Shown piece after piece: positions 11,778-25,255 of a DNA stretch of 64,000 bases (positions are counted from its first letter, which is position 1; each line of letters begins with the position of its first letter). The stretch lies in assembly GCA_030390025.1 (NCBI GenBank), contig CM059432.1, forward strand, positions 139,440,001-139,504,000, in the 5' to 3' direction. A program made the translations under genes and the position numbers. This DNA is from Squalus acanthias. Its lineage: Eukaryota. Below the pieces are notes generated by a model. It was not told the DNA's origin. It searched no databases and saw only the letters and a program-made list of their open reading frames with translations.

Positions 11778-13025
11778 ACTCTGCGCAGCCCGTATCCTAA
11801 CTTGCACCGAGTCCCATTCACCCGTTCACCCCACCCACCCCCCGTGCTCACTGGCTCCCAGTCCAGCAAAGCCTCAATTTTAACATTCTCATCCTTGTGT
11901 TAAGCTTCCTCTGTGGCCTCGCCACCTCCCTGTCTCTATAACCTCCTCCAGCCCTACAACCCTCTGAGATCTCTGCGCTCCTCCAATTCTGGCCGCTTGC
12001 GCATCCCCCTGATTTCCATCGCTCCACCACTGCGGCTGGCCGTGCCTTCAGCTGCCTAGGCCCGAAGCTCTGGAATTCCCTCCCTAAACCTCTCTACCTC
12101 TCTTTCCTCCTTTAAGATGCTCCTTAAAACCTACCTCTTTGACCCAGCTTTTGGTCATCTGCCCTAATGGCCCAGAAATTGATCTCGCTCTGTTCCCGCG
12201 GGGGTAAGGAGCAGGCGCGATCTCTCACTCCGCGTTGGCTTTTTCAGATCCAGCTCGCACGAACTTGATGTTCTAGACATCAGCTGGGCAGTGCTTGCGT
12301 ATCCCACCGGCGTAGTGAATTCGTGCGAGCTGTGGATCACGTGACTCAGTTAGAGCCAATGGCAGCACACCATCTTCCATTCATAAGTTTCACATACGTG
12401 CTGTGAAAGCTATGAATCTTACACCCCCCCAAAATAACAGCTAAACCTCAATTAAATTTAAAAAAAAAACCATCACATTAATAAAATAAGTATAGTTAAA
12501 TAAATTAACCATTTTAAATAAAAAATAAAATTTTTGAAAAAATTTAAAATCTTTAAAAAAGTTATAAAAATAAACTTACCTGTCTTTAAAGTCTCTAAAA
12601 AAGATATACCTGTTAAAAAAAATTCAAAATAATACTTAATTCACTACTTACCTTGTTAAAAGTGGGTCTTACTCCTCCTTTTTTCATTTCTAAAATCTTC
12701 CGTCCTTACCTGCGCATCCAAAGCACTAAGTGCACAGCGTGCGCGCAGCCTGTAGCGCGCACGCGGTGCACCGAGGAACCACCCCCTTTTCCAAAAACCA
12801 AGTGCCGGTTTTCAGCGCATGCGCAGTGCATGCTGAAAACCGGCAATTGGTGACAGAATACGCGAGAGTACACAGTGCGTACTCTCGCGTCGCGGGACTA
12901 ATTTTTGGGCCATTATCTCCTTATGTGGCTCGGTGTCAAATTCTGTCTGATAATCGCTCCTGTGAAGCGCCCTGGGATGTTTTTGCTGTGGTAAAGGCGC
13001 TATGTAAATGCAAGTTGTTGCTGTT
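11778..13025 (+). mobile_element. L2-like LINE 3' fragment interrupted by a MITE
   Basis: Similar to the other L2 copies (kWNSLP region, tail aaggcgctatgtaaatgcaagttgttg); split at 12168/12912. Confidence 0.8.
12169..12911. mobile_element. Non-autonomous DNA transposon (MITE), 743 bp, possibly PIF/Harbinger-ISL2EU group
   Basis: TIRs ggcccagaaattgatctcgc and gcgggactaatttttgggcc (16/20 match); flanks AAT/ATT; cleanly interrupts the L2 sequence gccctaat|atctcc. Confidence 0.75.
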
Positions 13026-13249
13026 TTAAACACAAATATTAAGAAAGCGTTAGAAAAGGTCAAACAGCGTTCTGAGAAAGCAGCAGCCTAAAACACATCA
13101 GCTCAGTTGTATTTTTTTATAAAAAGCAATAATGAGTGAAAAGAGCCCGAGCTGTACAGAAAGGAGAAACAGTGAAAGACATCAAACAGAAATACAGAAC
13201 CTGCCACAATATAATGTGCGTGTGAGAACGATTAAATAACGTACACCTA

Positions 13250-13750
13250 CAAACCTTGGAGGCCTTGGTGAGGGTGCGGAGAAAATTTACCAGAATTATA
13301 CCAAGGATAAAAAAACTTCAGTTACGTGGAGAGCCGAGAGAAGCTGGGATTGTTCTCCTTAAAGCAGAGAAGGATAAGAAGATATTTAATGGAGATGTTC
13401 AAAATGATGAGGGGTTTTGATGGAGTAGATAGGGAGAAACTGTTTCCACTGTCAAGAGGGTCGGTAACCAGAGGACACAGATTTAAGGCAATTGGCAAAA
13501 GAACCAGAGGTGAGATGAAGAGAATTTTTTTTACGCAGCGAGTTGTTATGATCTGGAATGCATTACCTGAAAGGGCGGTGGAAGCAAATCCAATGGTAAC
13601 TTTCAAATGGGAATTGGATATATACTTGAAAAGGAAAAATTTGCAGGGCTATGGGGAAAGAGCAGGATAGTGGGACTAATTGGAGAGCTCTTTCAAAGAG
13701 CCGGCACAGGCACGATGGGCCGAATGGCCTCCTTCTGTATGATTCTATAA
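13250..13750 (+). mobile_element. CR1 3' fragment
   Basis: ORF 13326-13670 is the CR1 ORF2 C-terminus. Confidence 0.9.
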
Positions 13751-14587
13751 CAAACAAAAAACAAAGCAAAATCAGACAGCAGATGCAATTAGAGATGGGC
13801 AATAAATGTTGGCCTTGCCAGCAACGCCCACATCCCGTGACTGACCAAATAAATGTAAAAAATCCTTCTCAGAGAGGACTAGCTTGAGACACCTGGCAGA
13901 AGATAGCTGACTGGGCAAAAGCTCCCTCATCCCTGGTATCATTCCGCTAAATCTTCTAGAATAGAATCATACAGCACAGAAGGAGGCCATGGAATTGAAA
14001 AGAATGGTAACTTATTGCTCAAATAAGTCCTGCGTAAATCTCTAGAGCTAGGAGAACAAAAATGAACAAACTTTGAAATGAGAACAACGCTCAATTAATT
14101 CATCTTTTCTGTTTTGAAAGAATTGAGAACAATCTGTGAGCCAACTATGGTGCAAGACAGTTTTTAAAGGTAGAAACATAAAGCATGCTATTCTCTAGTG
14201 CCGTGCGCGTGAGTGTGAGATCACCCGGTATGAACAAGTATCACCAGTGATAGTGAATGCATAAACTGAGAACGAGTGCCAGAAAAGGAACATCTGCATT
14301 ATGTCTTCAGGAAGTGAAACCATCCAAGGCTTAACACAAGGCACATTGTTGAAAGGAGCTGTTAATGAGATGTGACCAAAAGGCAGTTGAAATTTCGAGA
14401 CCACGAGCACAAAGTCTCAGCTATGTTTCTGAATTCCAGCTGTTCTTCTCTCATTGTAAAACTGCAGCAGCAGATACCTGGAATTAAGTCTAGAATGATG
14501 GCGGGTTGAGACTGAGACGATGTCATAAGCCAGAACAACAAAATTCCAAGTAGTTTATGGGCAGCAACAAAATCACCCAAATTAAAT

Positions 14588-15278
14588 TCATAGAATCGTA
14601 CAGCATAGAAAGAGGCCATTCGGTCCATCGTGCCCATGCCAGCTCTTTGAAAGAGATTATCCAATTAGTCCCACTCCCCCTGCTCTTTCCCCATAGCCCT
14701 GCAATTTATTTCCTTTTCAAGTATATATCCCATTCCCTTTTGAAAGTTACTATTGAATCTGCTTCCACCGCGCTTTCAGGCAGTGCATTCCAGATCATAG
14801 AAACATAGAAGATAGGAGCAGGAGTAGGCCATTCGGCCCCTCTAGCCTGCTCCGCCATTCAATGCGATCATGGCTGATCATCCAAATTCAGTACCCTGTC
14901 CCTGCTTTCTCCCCATATCCCTTGATCCCTTTAGCCTTAAGAAATATATCTAACTCCTTCTTGAATATATTTAATTAATTGGCCTCTACTGCCTTCTGTG
15001 GTAGAGAATTCCACAGGTTCACCACTCTCTGGGTGAAGAAATTCCTCCTCATTTCTGTCCTAAATGGCTTACCCCTTATCCTTAGACTGTGACCCCTGGT
15101 TCTGGACTCCCCGACCATCGGGAACATCCATCCTGCATCTAGTCTGTCCAGTCCTGTCAGAATTTTATAAGTTTCAATGAGATCCCCTCTCATTCTTCTA
15201 TACTCCAGCGAGTATAAGCCCAATCGACCCAATCAGAACAACTCGCTGCGTAAAAAAAAATTCTCCTCATCTCCCCTC
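14588..15278 (-). mobile_element. CR1 3' end with a second CR1 3' fragment (~14798-15232) nested in it
   Basis: Host sequence ...cattccagatcata resumes as ...acaactcgctgcgtaaaa at ~15237. Confidence 0.8.
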
Positions 15279-15515
15279 CAATTCTGGCCTCTTGAGCATC
15301 TCCCACTTCCTTCGCCCCACCATTGGCGGCCGTTCCTTCAGCTGCCTGGGCCTCAAGCTCTGGAATTCCCCCACTAAACCTAAACCTAAACCTCTCCACC
15401 TCTCTCCTCCTTTAAGATAGAAACATAGAAACATAGAAGATAGGAGCAGGAGTAGGCCATTCGGCCCCTCGAGCCTGCTCCGCCATTCGATGAGATCATG
15501 GCTGATCATCCAAAC

Positions 15516-18376
15516 TCAGTAACCTGTACCTGCTTTCTCCCCATATCCCTTGATCCCTTTAGCTTTAAGAAATATATCTAACTCATTCTTGAATATATTT
15601 AATGACTTGGCCTCAACTACCTTCTGTGGTAGAGAATTCCACAGGTTCACCACTCTCTGGGTGAAGAAATTCTTCCTCATTTCTGTCCTAAATGGCTTAC
15701 CCGTTATCCTTAGATTATGACCCCTGGTTCTGGACTCTCCGACCATCGGGAACATTCTTCCTGCATCTAGTTTGTCCAGACCTGTCAGAATTTTATATGT
15801 TTCGATGAGATCCCCTCTCATTCTTCTATACTCCAGCGAGTATAAGCCCAATCGACCCAATCTCTCCTCATATGTCATTCCTGCCATCCCAGGTATCAGC
15901 CTTGTGAATCTTCGCTGAACTCCTTCCATGGCAAGAACATCCTTCCTCAGATAAGGCGACCAAAACTGCACACAGTACTCAAGGTGTGGTCTCACCAAGG
16001 CCCTGTACAACTGCAGCAGGACATCCCTGTTCCTATACTCAAACCCTTTCGCTATGAAGGCCAACATACCATTTGCCTTCTTCACTGCCTGCTGCACCTG
16101 CATGCTTACTTTCAGCGACTGGTGCACAAGGACACCCAGGTCTCGTTGCACTTCCCCTTCTCCCAATCTATTGCCATTCAGATAATAGTCTGCCTTTCTG
16201 TTTTTGACACCAAAGTGGATAACCTCGCACTTATCCACGTTATATTGCATCTGCCACGCTTCTGCCCACTCACCCAACCTGTCCAAATCATCCTGGAGTT
16301 TCTCGGTATCCTCCTCGTAGCACACACTCCCACCCAGCTTTGTGTCATCTGCAAACTTGGAGATATTACATTTAGTTCCCTTATCTAGATCATTAATGTA
16401 TATTGTGAATAGCTGGGGTCCAAGGACCGATCCCTGCGGTACCCCACTAGTCACTGCTTGCCACTCGGAAAAAGACCCATTAATTCCTACTCTCTGCTTT
16501 CTGTCCGCCAACCAGTTCTCTATCCAAGTCAATACCTTGCCCCCAATCCCATGTGCCTTAACTTTACACGCTAATCTCTTATGCGGGACCTTATCGAAAG
16601 CCTTTTGAAAGTCCAAATACACCACATCTACTGGTTCTCCCTTATCTATTTTCCCAGTTACATCCTCAAAAAATTCCAGTAGATTAGTCAAGCACGATTT
16701 ACCTTTTGTAAATCCATGTTGACTTTGTTCGATCCTGTCACTGTTTTTCAAGTGCTCAGCTATTACATCCTTTATAATGGACTCTAGCATTTTCCCCACT
16801 ACCGATGTCAGGCTTACCGGTCTGTAATTCCCCGCTTTCTCTCTACCACCCTTTTTGAATAGTGGGGTAACATTAGCTACCCTCCAGTCCATGGGTACAG
16901 TTCCAGATTCCATCGAATGTTGGAAGATGATCAGCAATGCATCTACTATTTCTAGGGCCACTTCCTTAAGTACCCTAGGATGTAGATTATCAGGCCCTGG
17001 GGATTTATCGGCCTTCAATCCCGTCAATTTCCCTAACACCATTTCCCTGCAAATACTGATTTCTTTCAGTTCCTCCCTTTCATCAGACCGTATGTTCTCC
17101 AACATCTCTGGGAGGTTATTTGTGTCCTCCTTTGTGAAGACAGAACCAAAATATGCATTTAATTGGTCTGCCATTTCTTTGTTCCCCATTATAACTTCCC
17201 CCGCTTCTGACTGCAAGGGACCTACACTTGATTTCACTAATCTTTTTCTCTTCACATATCTATAAAAGCTCTTACAGTCAGTTTTTATGTTCCCAGCAAG
17301 CTTACTTTCATATTCTATTTTCCCCTTCTTAATTAATCCCTTTGTCCTCCTTTGTTGAATCCTAAACTGCTCCCAATCCTCAGGGCTACCGCTTTTTCTG
17401 GCCAATTTATATGCCCTCTCCTTGGATCTTATGCTATCCCTAATTTCCCTTGTTAGCCACGGTTGAGTCACCCTTTTTGTTTTATTCTTATGCCACACTG
17501 GGATGAACAAATTCTGTAGTTCATCCATGCAGTCTTTGAATGTTTGCCATTGCCTATCCACCGTCAACCCCTTGAGTGACATTCCCCAATCAATCCTACC
17601 CAATTCGCGCCTCATACCATCGTAGTTTCCTTTATTTAAATTCAGGACCCTAGTCTCTGATTCAACTACTTCACTCTCCATCCTAATGAAGAATTCTATC
17701 ATATTATGATCACTCTGACCCAAGGGGCCTCGTACAACAAGATTGCTAATTAATCCTTTCTCGTTACATCATACCTAGTCTAAAATGGCCTGATCTCTGG
17801 TTGGTTCCTCGACATATTGTTCCAGAAAACCATTTCGTAAACATTCTAGGAATTCCTCCTCCACAGTATTTTTACTAATTTGGTTAGCCCAATCTATATG
17901 TAAATTAAAGTCACCCATGATGACTGCTGTGCCCTTACTGCATGCTTCTCTAATTTCCCTTTTAATGCCATCCCCAACCTCCGTATTACTGTTGGAGGTC
18001 TATATACCACTCCCACTAATGTTTTCTGCCCCTTGTTATTTCTCAGTTCTACCCATACAGATTCCGCATCATCAGAGCTAATATCCTTCCTTTCAATTGT
18101 GTTAATCCCCTCTTTAACCAGCAATGCTACCCCACCTCCCTTTCTTTTTTGCCTATCTTTCCTAAATATTGAATAACCCTGGATGTTGAGTTCCCAGCCT
18201 TGGCCACCCTGGAGCCATGTTTCTGTAATCCCAATCAAATCGTATTCATTTACCTCTATTTGCGCAGCTAATTCATCCACCTTGTTCCGAATGCTCCTTG
18301 CATTAAGACACAAAGCCTTCAGGCTTGTTTTTTTAACGCTCTCAGACCTATATGAATTATTATTTACTGTGACCAT
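15516..18376 (-). pseudogene. CR1 ORF2 (APE endonuclease + reverse transcriptase), disrupted
   Basis: APE motifs LNARS, GITETW, VYRPP, GDFN, SDH; RT motifs [15 protein letters not shown] 1-nt frameshift near 17991 and stops at 17775-17777 and 17769-17771; the last 735 codons are open. Confidence 0.9.
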
Positions 18377-18498
18377 GTTTGATTTAAACCGTTGAGTTCT
18401 TTGCCTTCTACTTTTGTTTTTCTCCTTCCTGTCTTTAGCTTTTATCCTTTTTTCCCTTTCCTCTGTCTCCCTGCTTAGGTTCCCAACCCCCTGCCACT

Positions 18499-19040
18499 TT
18501 AGTTTAAACCCTCCCCAACAGCACTAGCAAACACTCCCCCTAGGACATCGGTCCCGGCCCTGCCCAGGTGCAGACCATCCCGTTTGTACTGGTCCCACCT
18601 CCCCCAGAACCGGTTCCAATGTCCAAGGAATTTGAATCCCTCCCCCTTGCACCATTCCTCTAGCCACGTATTCATTTGAAATATCCTCCTATTTCTACTC
18701 TGACTAGCATGTGGCACTGGTAGCAATCCTGAGATTACTACCTTTGAGGTCCTCTTTTCTAATTTACCTCCTAACTCCCTATATTCTGCTTTTAGGACCT
18801 CATCCCGTTTTTTACCTATATCGTTGATGCCTATGTGCACCACGACAACTGACTGTTCGCCCTCCCCCTCCAAAATGTTCTGTAGCTGCTCCGAGACATC
18901 CTTGACCCTTGCACCAGGGAGGCAACACACCATCCTGGAGTCTCGTTTGCGGCCGCAGAAACGCCTATCTATTCCCCTTACAATTGAATCCCCTATCACT
19001 ATAGCTCTTCCACACTTTTTCCTCCCAGCCTGTGCAGCTG
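18499..19040 (-). pseudogene. CR1 ORF1 C-terminal SGNH/GDSL esterase domain (5'-truncated)
   Basis: IGDSIVR, LPGA, HIGINDIG and DGLHL are the SGNH blocks typical of CR1 ORF1p. Confidence 0.88.
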
Positions 19041-19184
19041 CTCCTTAAAAACTCTTTGACCAAGCTTTTGGTCATCTGCCCTAATATCTCTTTATGTGGC
19101 TCGGTGTCAAATTTTGTGATTGACGTTCCTGTGAAACGCCTTGGGACATTTTACCGTGTTAAAGGCGCCATATAGGGAAAAAAA

Positions 19185-20152
19185 ATAGGAGCAGGAGTAG
19201 GCCATTCGGCCCTTCGAGCCTGCTCCGCCATTCAATATGATCATGGCTGATCCTCTATCTCAATACCATATTCCCGCTCTCTCCCCATATCCCTTGATGC
19301 CTTTTGTGTCTAGAAATCTGTCTATCTCCTTCTTAAATATATTCAGTGACTTGGCCTCCACGGCCTTCTGTGGTAGAGAATTCTACAGGTTCACCACCCT
19401 CTGAGTGAAGAAATTTCTCCTCATCTCAGTCCTAAATGTCCTACCCCATATCCTGAGACTGTGACTCCTCGTTCTAGACCCCCCCAGCCAGGGGAAACAT
19501 CCTCCCTGCATCCAGTCTGTCTAGCCCTGTCAGAATTTTATACATTTCGATGAGATCCCCTCTCATTCTTCTCAACTCTAGTGAATACAGGCCTAGTCGA
19601 CCCAATCTCTCCTCATATGACAGTCCTGCCATCCCAGGAGTCAGTCTGGTGAACCTTCGCTGCACTCCCTCTATGGCAAGTATATCCTTTCTTAGGTAAG
19701 GAGACCAAAACTGCACACAGTACTCCAGGTGTGGTCTCACCAAGGCCCTGTATAACTGTAGTAAGATATCCTTGTTCCTGTACTCCAAATCCTCTTGCAA
19801 TGAAGGTCAACATACCATTTGCCTTCCTAACTGCTTGCTGCACCTGCATGTTTGCTTTCAGTGACTGGTGTACAAGGACACCCAGGTCCCTTTGTACATC
19901 AACATTTCCCAATCTATCACCATTTAAATAATACTCTGCCTTTCTGTTTTTCCTGCCGAAGTGGATAACTTCACATTTATCCACGTTATACTGCATCTGC
20001 CGTGTATTTGCCCACTCACTCAACTTGTCTAAATCGCCTTGAAGCCTCTTTTTGCATCCTCCTCACAACTCACAACCCCACCTAGTTTCGTGTCGTCGGC
20101 AAACTTGGAAATATTACATTTGGTTCCCTCATCCAAATCATTGATATATATT
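19185..20152 (-). mobile_element. CR1 3' fragment with frameshifts
   Basis: ORFs 19474-19800 and 19613-20023. Confidence 0.9.
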
Positions 20153-20449
20153 GCAAGTTGTTGTTGTTGTTATGTGAGCCTGGGCTGAGAGAACTGATCA
20201 GGCTTTTCAAATGTGGGAGCATCACAGGTAAGCCTGATCCTTCGCTCGTGCAATATCTACAGACGTTGCACTTTCCAGCGGGGTTCACTGGGTGACAATC
20301 AGGAGTTGGGGAACCTTGGATGACCTTCCCTTTCTTAGCGCAAAGGTGCTGAGGCTCCACTTGCTGCCGTGGCTGAGATCAGCAATGTCCAGCAATTGAA
20401 TCTCGGACCTTTCAGTCTGTATGACTCCATTCTGCACTGGGCAGTATAC

Positions 20450-21375
20450 GTAGAACTAACAGCACAGAAACAGGCCATTCAGCCCAACTGGTCTATGCTG
20501 GCGTTTATGTTCCTCACGAGTCTCCTCCCACCCCTCTTCATCTCACCCTATCAACATATCCTTCTATTCCTGTCTCCCTCATGGGCTCATCTAGCTTCCC
20601 TCAAATGCATCTATGCTATTAGCCTCAACTACTCCCTGTGGTAGCGAGTTCCACATTCTTATCACTCTCTGGGTAAATACATTTAAGGTGGAGATAGACA
20701 GATTTTTGAAAGATAAGGGAGTGAAGGGTAATGGGGAGCAGGCAGGGAAGTGGCTTTGAGCCCAAGATCAGCCATGATCTTATTGAATGGCGGAGCAGCC
20801 TCGAGGGGCCAAGTGGCCTATTCCTGCTCCTATTTCTTATGTTCTTGAGTAAAGAAGTTTCTCCTGAATCCCTTATTGGATTTATTAGTGACCATCTTAT
20901 ATTTATTGGACTCCCTCATAAGTGGAAACATTTTCTCTACGTCTACCCTTATCAAACCCCTTCATAATTTAAAGACCTCCATCAGTTATAACCTCTCAGT
21001 TCTGGTATCATCCTTGTGAATCCTTTTTGCACCTTCTCCTGTTCCTCTCTATCCTTTATGTAATATGGAGACCAGAAGTGTGCACAATACTCCAAGTGTG
21101 GTCTAACCAAGGTTCTATACAAGTTTAACATAACTTCTCTGCTTTTCAATTCTATTCCTCTAGAAATGAACCCCAGTGCTTTGTTTGCATTTTGATGGCC
21201 TTGTTAACCTGCGTCGCTACTTTTAATGATTTGTGAATCTGTACCCCTAGATCTCTTTGCTCCTCTACCCCATTTAGACTCTTATTATCCAAGGAGTAGG
21301 TGGCCTCCTTATTTCTCCTACCAAAATGCACCACCTCACACTTACCTCTATTGAAATTCATTTGCTATTTACCCA
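20450..21375 (-). mobile_element. Degenerate CR1 with an opposite-strand CR1 3' end (~20677-20846) inserted
   Basis: KCEVVHFGRRN...RDLGVQIHKSLK; host sequence tctctgggtaaa resumes at gtaaagaagtttctcctga. Confidence 0.8.
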
Positions 21376-21467
21376 ACTATGCAAATAAGCCACACTGGAA
21401 ACCCAAAATGGTTTTTAAAACTATGTGGGAAATTATTTGGAAAAGACCAGCTATAAGCAGGTGGGTA

Positions 21468-22350
21468 CAGCAGTGTAGTGGTTATGTTACTGCACTAGTA
21501 ACCCTAGTTACTAGGCCTGGACTAATAATCCTCGTTCGAACATGAGTTCAAATCCCACCATGACAGTTTGAGAATTTGAATTTCGTTTTTTTTTAAATCT
21601 GGGAATAAGAAGCTGGTACCAGTAAAAATGACCATAACGCTGTCGGATTGTTGTTAAAAACCCAGCTGATTCACTAATGTCCTTCAGGGAAGGAAACCTG
21701 CCGTCCTTACCTAGTCTGGCCTATATGTGACTCCAGTCCCACACCCAATGTATGAGAAGAGATTGAGTAAACTAGGCCTGTATTCTCTTGAATTCAGAAG
21801 AATGAGAGGGGATCTCATTGAAGCATACAAAATTATTACAGGGCTTGATAGGGTGGATGCTGGGAGAATGTTTCCCTTGGCTGGGGAGTCTAGAACCAGG
21901 GGCCACAGCCTCAGGATAAAGGGTAGGCCCATTCAGGACTGAGATGAGAAGAAATTTCTTCACATAGAGGGTGATGAATCTTTGGAATTCTCTACCCCAG
22001 AGGGCCGTGGAGGCTCAGTCATTGGGTATATTCAAAACAGAAGTCGATAGATTTCTGACTAGTAAAGGCATCAAGGGATATGGCGATAGGGCCGGTGAAT
22101 GGAGTTGAGGCAGAAGATCAGCCATGATCTCATTGAATGGTGGAGCAGGCTCGAGGGGCCGAATGGCCTACTCCTGCTCCTATTTCATATGTTCTTATGT
22201 TATGTAGTTGACTCTCCACTGCCCTCAGAAGTGGCCTAGCAAGACACTCAGTGGCATTTCAAGAAAAAGGTCCAGCACCAGGGGCAGCTAGGGATGGGCA
22301 ATAAATGTCGGCCTTGCCAGCGACGCCCACATCCCAAGAATGAATAAACA
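21468..22350 (+). mobile_element. Second tRNA-derived SINE family, interrupted by a CR1 3' end (21749-22203)
   Basis: A box-like gtgtagtgg, B box gagttcaaatccc (21544-21556), tail agggatgggcaataaatg...cgacgcccacatccc. Confidence 0.7.
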
Positions 22351-22355
22351 AAAAG

Positions 22356-22590
22356 GTGCATGGGAACACCATTCTGACTTGGAAGTATATCACCGTTCCT
22401 TCATTGTCGCTGGGTCAAAATCCTGGAACTCCCTCCCTAACAGCACTGTGGGAGCACCTTCACCACACGGACTGCAGCGGTTCAAGGCGGCGGCGGCGGC
22501 TCACCACCACCACCACCTCAAGGGGCAATTAGGGATGGGCAATAAATGCCGGCCTTGCCAGCGACGCCCACATCCCAAGAATGAATAAAC
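22356..22590 (+). mobile_element. 3' end of second CR1-group LINE family
   Basis: SKSWNSLPNSTVG...GLQRFK plus the same tail as the 60000-60400 copy. Confidence 0.75.
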
Positions 22591-23279
22591 GAAAAGACAA
22601 TTTTTCCCGTGAATATTCTCCGATGACTCCCAATTTACAACCTTACTCCAGAGTAGTTCTGAACTCTGAGACGCGCTGTGAAACAGAAGACAGGAGCAAG
22701 CTGGGGTTTTTGTCGCATTGCTTGCAGTTTTTACAAACTGTTTGCTTGAACGGGTAGAAGATGGAACCGCTTCAAATTAGCCGACAGCTGCACCGTCCAG
22801 AATTCCTTACTGCCATTCGATAATCAGAGAGCGGCTGTAAATGCGGTTCACTTCACTTTCACCTGACACACATGACTTTTAGTCATAATAGGAGCACTGT
22901 GGGGGGGGAGGGGGGAGAGGGAGTTTTCCAGGAGGTTTGCAGTGCCCTCAGCAGGATGTGCGAGCAAATTCCCTGCCTCTGCGCTTCATTAGGGGAACTT
23001 CTGTTGTCATGCAACAGGGTGGCCTGTATCGTTTGAATGCACTAGCCTTTCCGCCCATACTTAATTCCAGGCACAGATATTTACTAACAATTCAGAAGCC
23101 CTCAAGAAACTTTCTTTAAAATTTGGTATCAGATTACACGTGACAAAATCATTCCGCACAGGTTTATGGGCTGCTTCAACGGGAGTCCCAATCACCAGTC
23201 TCAGTCGTTAGACATTTCTCTGCCAGTACAGTGCACGCCACTGCTGCTGCGTCTCTTTTACGTCCACTTTATATCAACA

Positions 23280-23740
23280 CCGTGGCTCAGTGGGTAGCAC
23301 TCTCTCACCTCTGAGTCAGAAGGTTTGTGGGTTCAAGTTCCCACTCCAGAGACTTGAGCACAAAAAATCTAGGCTGACACTCCCCGTGCAGTGCTGAGGG
23401 AGTGCTGCACTGTTGGAGGTGCAGTCTTTCGGATGAGACGCTAAACCGAGGCCCCGTCTGCTCTCTCGGGTGAACGTAAAAGATCCCACGGCCACTATTC
23501 GAAGAAGAGCAGAGGAGTTCTCCCGGCCAATATTTATCCTCAACCAACATTACTAAAAAAAAAAAATATCTGGTCATTATCACATTGCTGCTCGTGGGAG
23601 CTTGCTGTGCGCAAATTGGCTGCCGTGTTTCCTACATTGCAACAGTGACTACGCTTCAACAGAACTTCATTGGCTGTAAAGCACTTTGGAACATCCTGAG
23701 GTCATGAAAGGTTCAAAATAAATACAAGTTCTTTCCTTTT
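23280..23740 (+). mobile_element. DeuSINE
   Basis: Same family. Confidence 0.85.
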
Positions 23741-23895
23741 TTCCCCGTGTCTCTTATTTGTTCCTCCCTTGCTGCTATCATTGTTCTTTTTCTTCCTGCA
23801 CTATTCCTTTTTCTATTCCATCGCCAGTCTGCAAATTTCACTCTGATGATGATGGCAGCCACAACTATATAACTCTGTCCATTCTGTCAGAGCTT

Positions 23896-25255
23896 ATAGA
23901 AGCATAGAAGATAGGAGCAGGAGTCGGCCATTCGGCCCCTCGAGCCTGCTCCGCCATTTAATGAGATCATGGCTGATCATCCAAATTCAGTACCCTGTCC
24001 CTGCCTTCTCCCCATATCCCTTGATCCCTTTAGCCTTAAGAAATATATCTATCTCCTTCTTGAATTAATGAATTGGCCTCAACTGCCTTCTGTGGTAGAG
24101 AATTCCACAGGTTCACCACTCTCTGGGTGAAGAAGTTCCTCCTCATTTCAGTCCTAAATGGCTTACCCCTTATCCTTAGACTGTGACCTCTGGTTCTGGA
24201 CTCCCCCGCCATCGGGAACATCCTTCCTGCATCTAGTCTGTCTAGTCCTGTTAGAATTTTATAAGTTTCAATGAGATCCCCTCTCATTCTTTGAAACTCT
24301 AGCGAATAGAAACCTAATCGACCCAATCTCTCTTCATACGTCATTCCTGCCATCCCAGGTATCAGTCTGGTAAATCTTCGCTGCACTCCCTCCATGGCAA
24401 GAACATCTTTCCTCAGATAAGGCGACCAAAACTGCACACAATACTCAAGGTGTGGTCTCACCAAGGCCTTGTACAACTGCAGCAAGACATCCTTGCTCCT
24501 GTACTCAAATCCTCTCGCTATGAAGGCCAACATACCATTTGCCTTCTTAACCGCCTGCTGCACCTGCATACTTACCTTCAGCGACTGGTGCACAAGGACT
24601 CCCAGATCTCGTTGCACTTCCCCTTTTCCCAATCTATTGCCGTTCAGATAATAATCTGTCTTCCTGTTTTTGCCACCAAAGTGGATAACCTCGCATTTAT
24701 CCACATTATACTGCATCTGCCATGCATCTGCCCAATCACCCAACCTGTCCAAATCATACTGGAGTTTCTCTGCATCCTTCTCACAACACACACACCCACC
24801 CAGCTTTGTGTCGTCTGCAAACTTAGAGATATTACATCTAGTTCCCTCGTCTAGATCATTTATATATATTGTGAATAGCTGGGGTCCTCGCACCGATCCC
24901 TGTGGTACCCCACTAGTCACTGCCTGCCACTCGGAAAAAGACCCGTTTATTCCAACTCTTTGCTTCCTGTCTGCCAACCAGTTCTCTATCCAAATCAGTA
25001 CCTCACCCCCAACCCATGTGCTTTAACTTTGCACGCTAATCTCTTATACGGGACCTTATCGAAAGCCTTCTGAAAGTCCAAATACACCACATCCACTGTT
25101 TCTCCCTTATCTATTCTACCAGTTACATCCTCAAAAAATTCCAGTAGATTAGTCAGGCATGATTTCCCTTTTGTAAATCCATGTTGACTTTGTCCGATCC
25201 TGTCACTGTTTTCCAAGTGCTCTGCTATTACATCTTTTATAATGGACTCTAGCAT
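23896..25255 (-). mobile_element. CR1 RT/3' fragment
   Basis: ORFs 24036-24977 and 24995-25255; closely similar to the 15417-19040 element. Confidence 0.93.

Larger units (their letters stand above)
15417..19040 (-). mobile_element. Near-complete CR1-clade LINE (3.6 kb, 5'-truncated) inserted in an L2 fragment
   Basis: ORF1 esterase, ORF2 APE + RT (FADDTKL), (CTATGTTT)n tail; L2 flanks cctttaaga|gctccttaaaa join across it. Confidence 0.95.
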
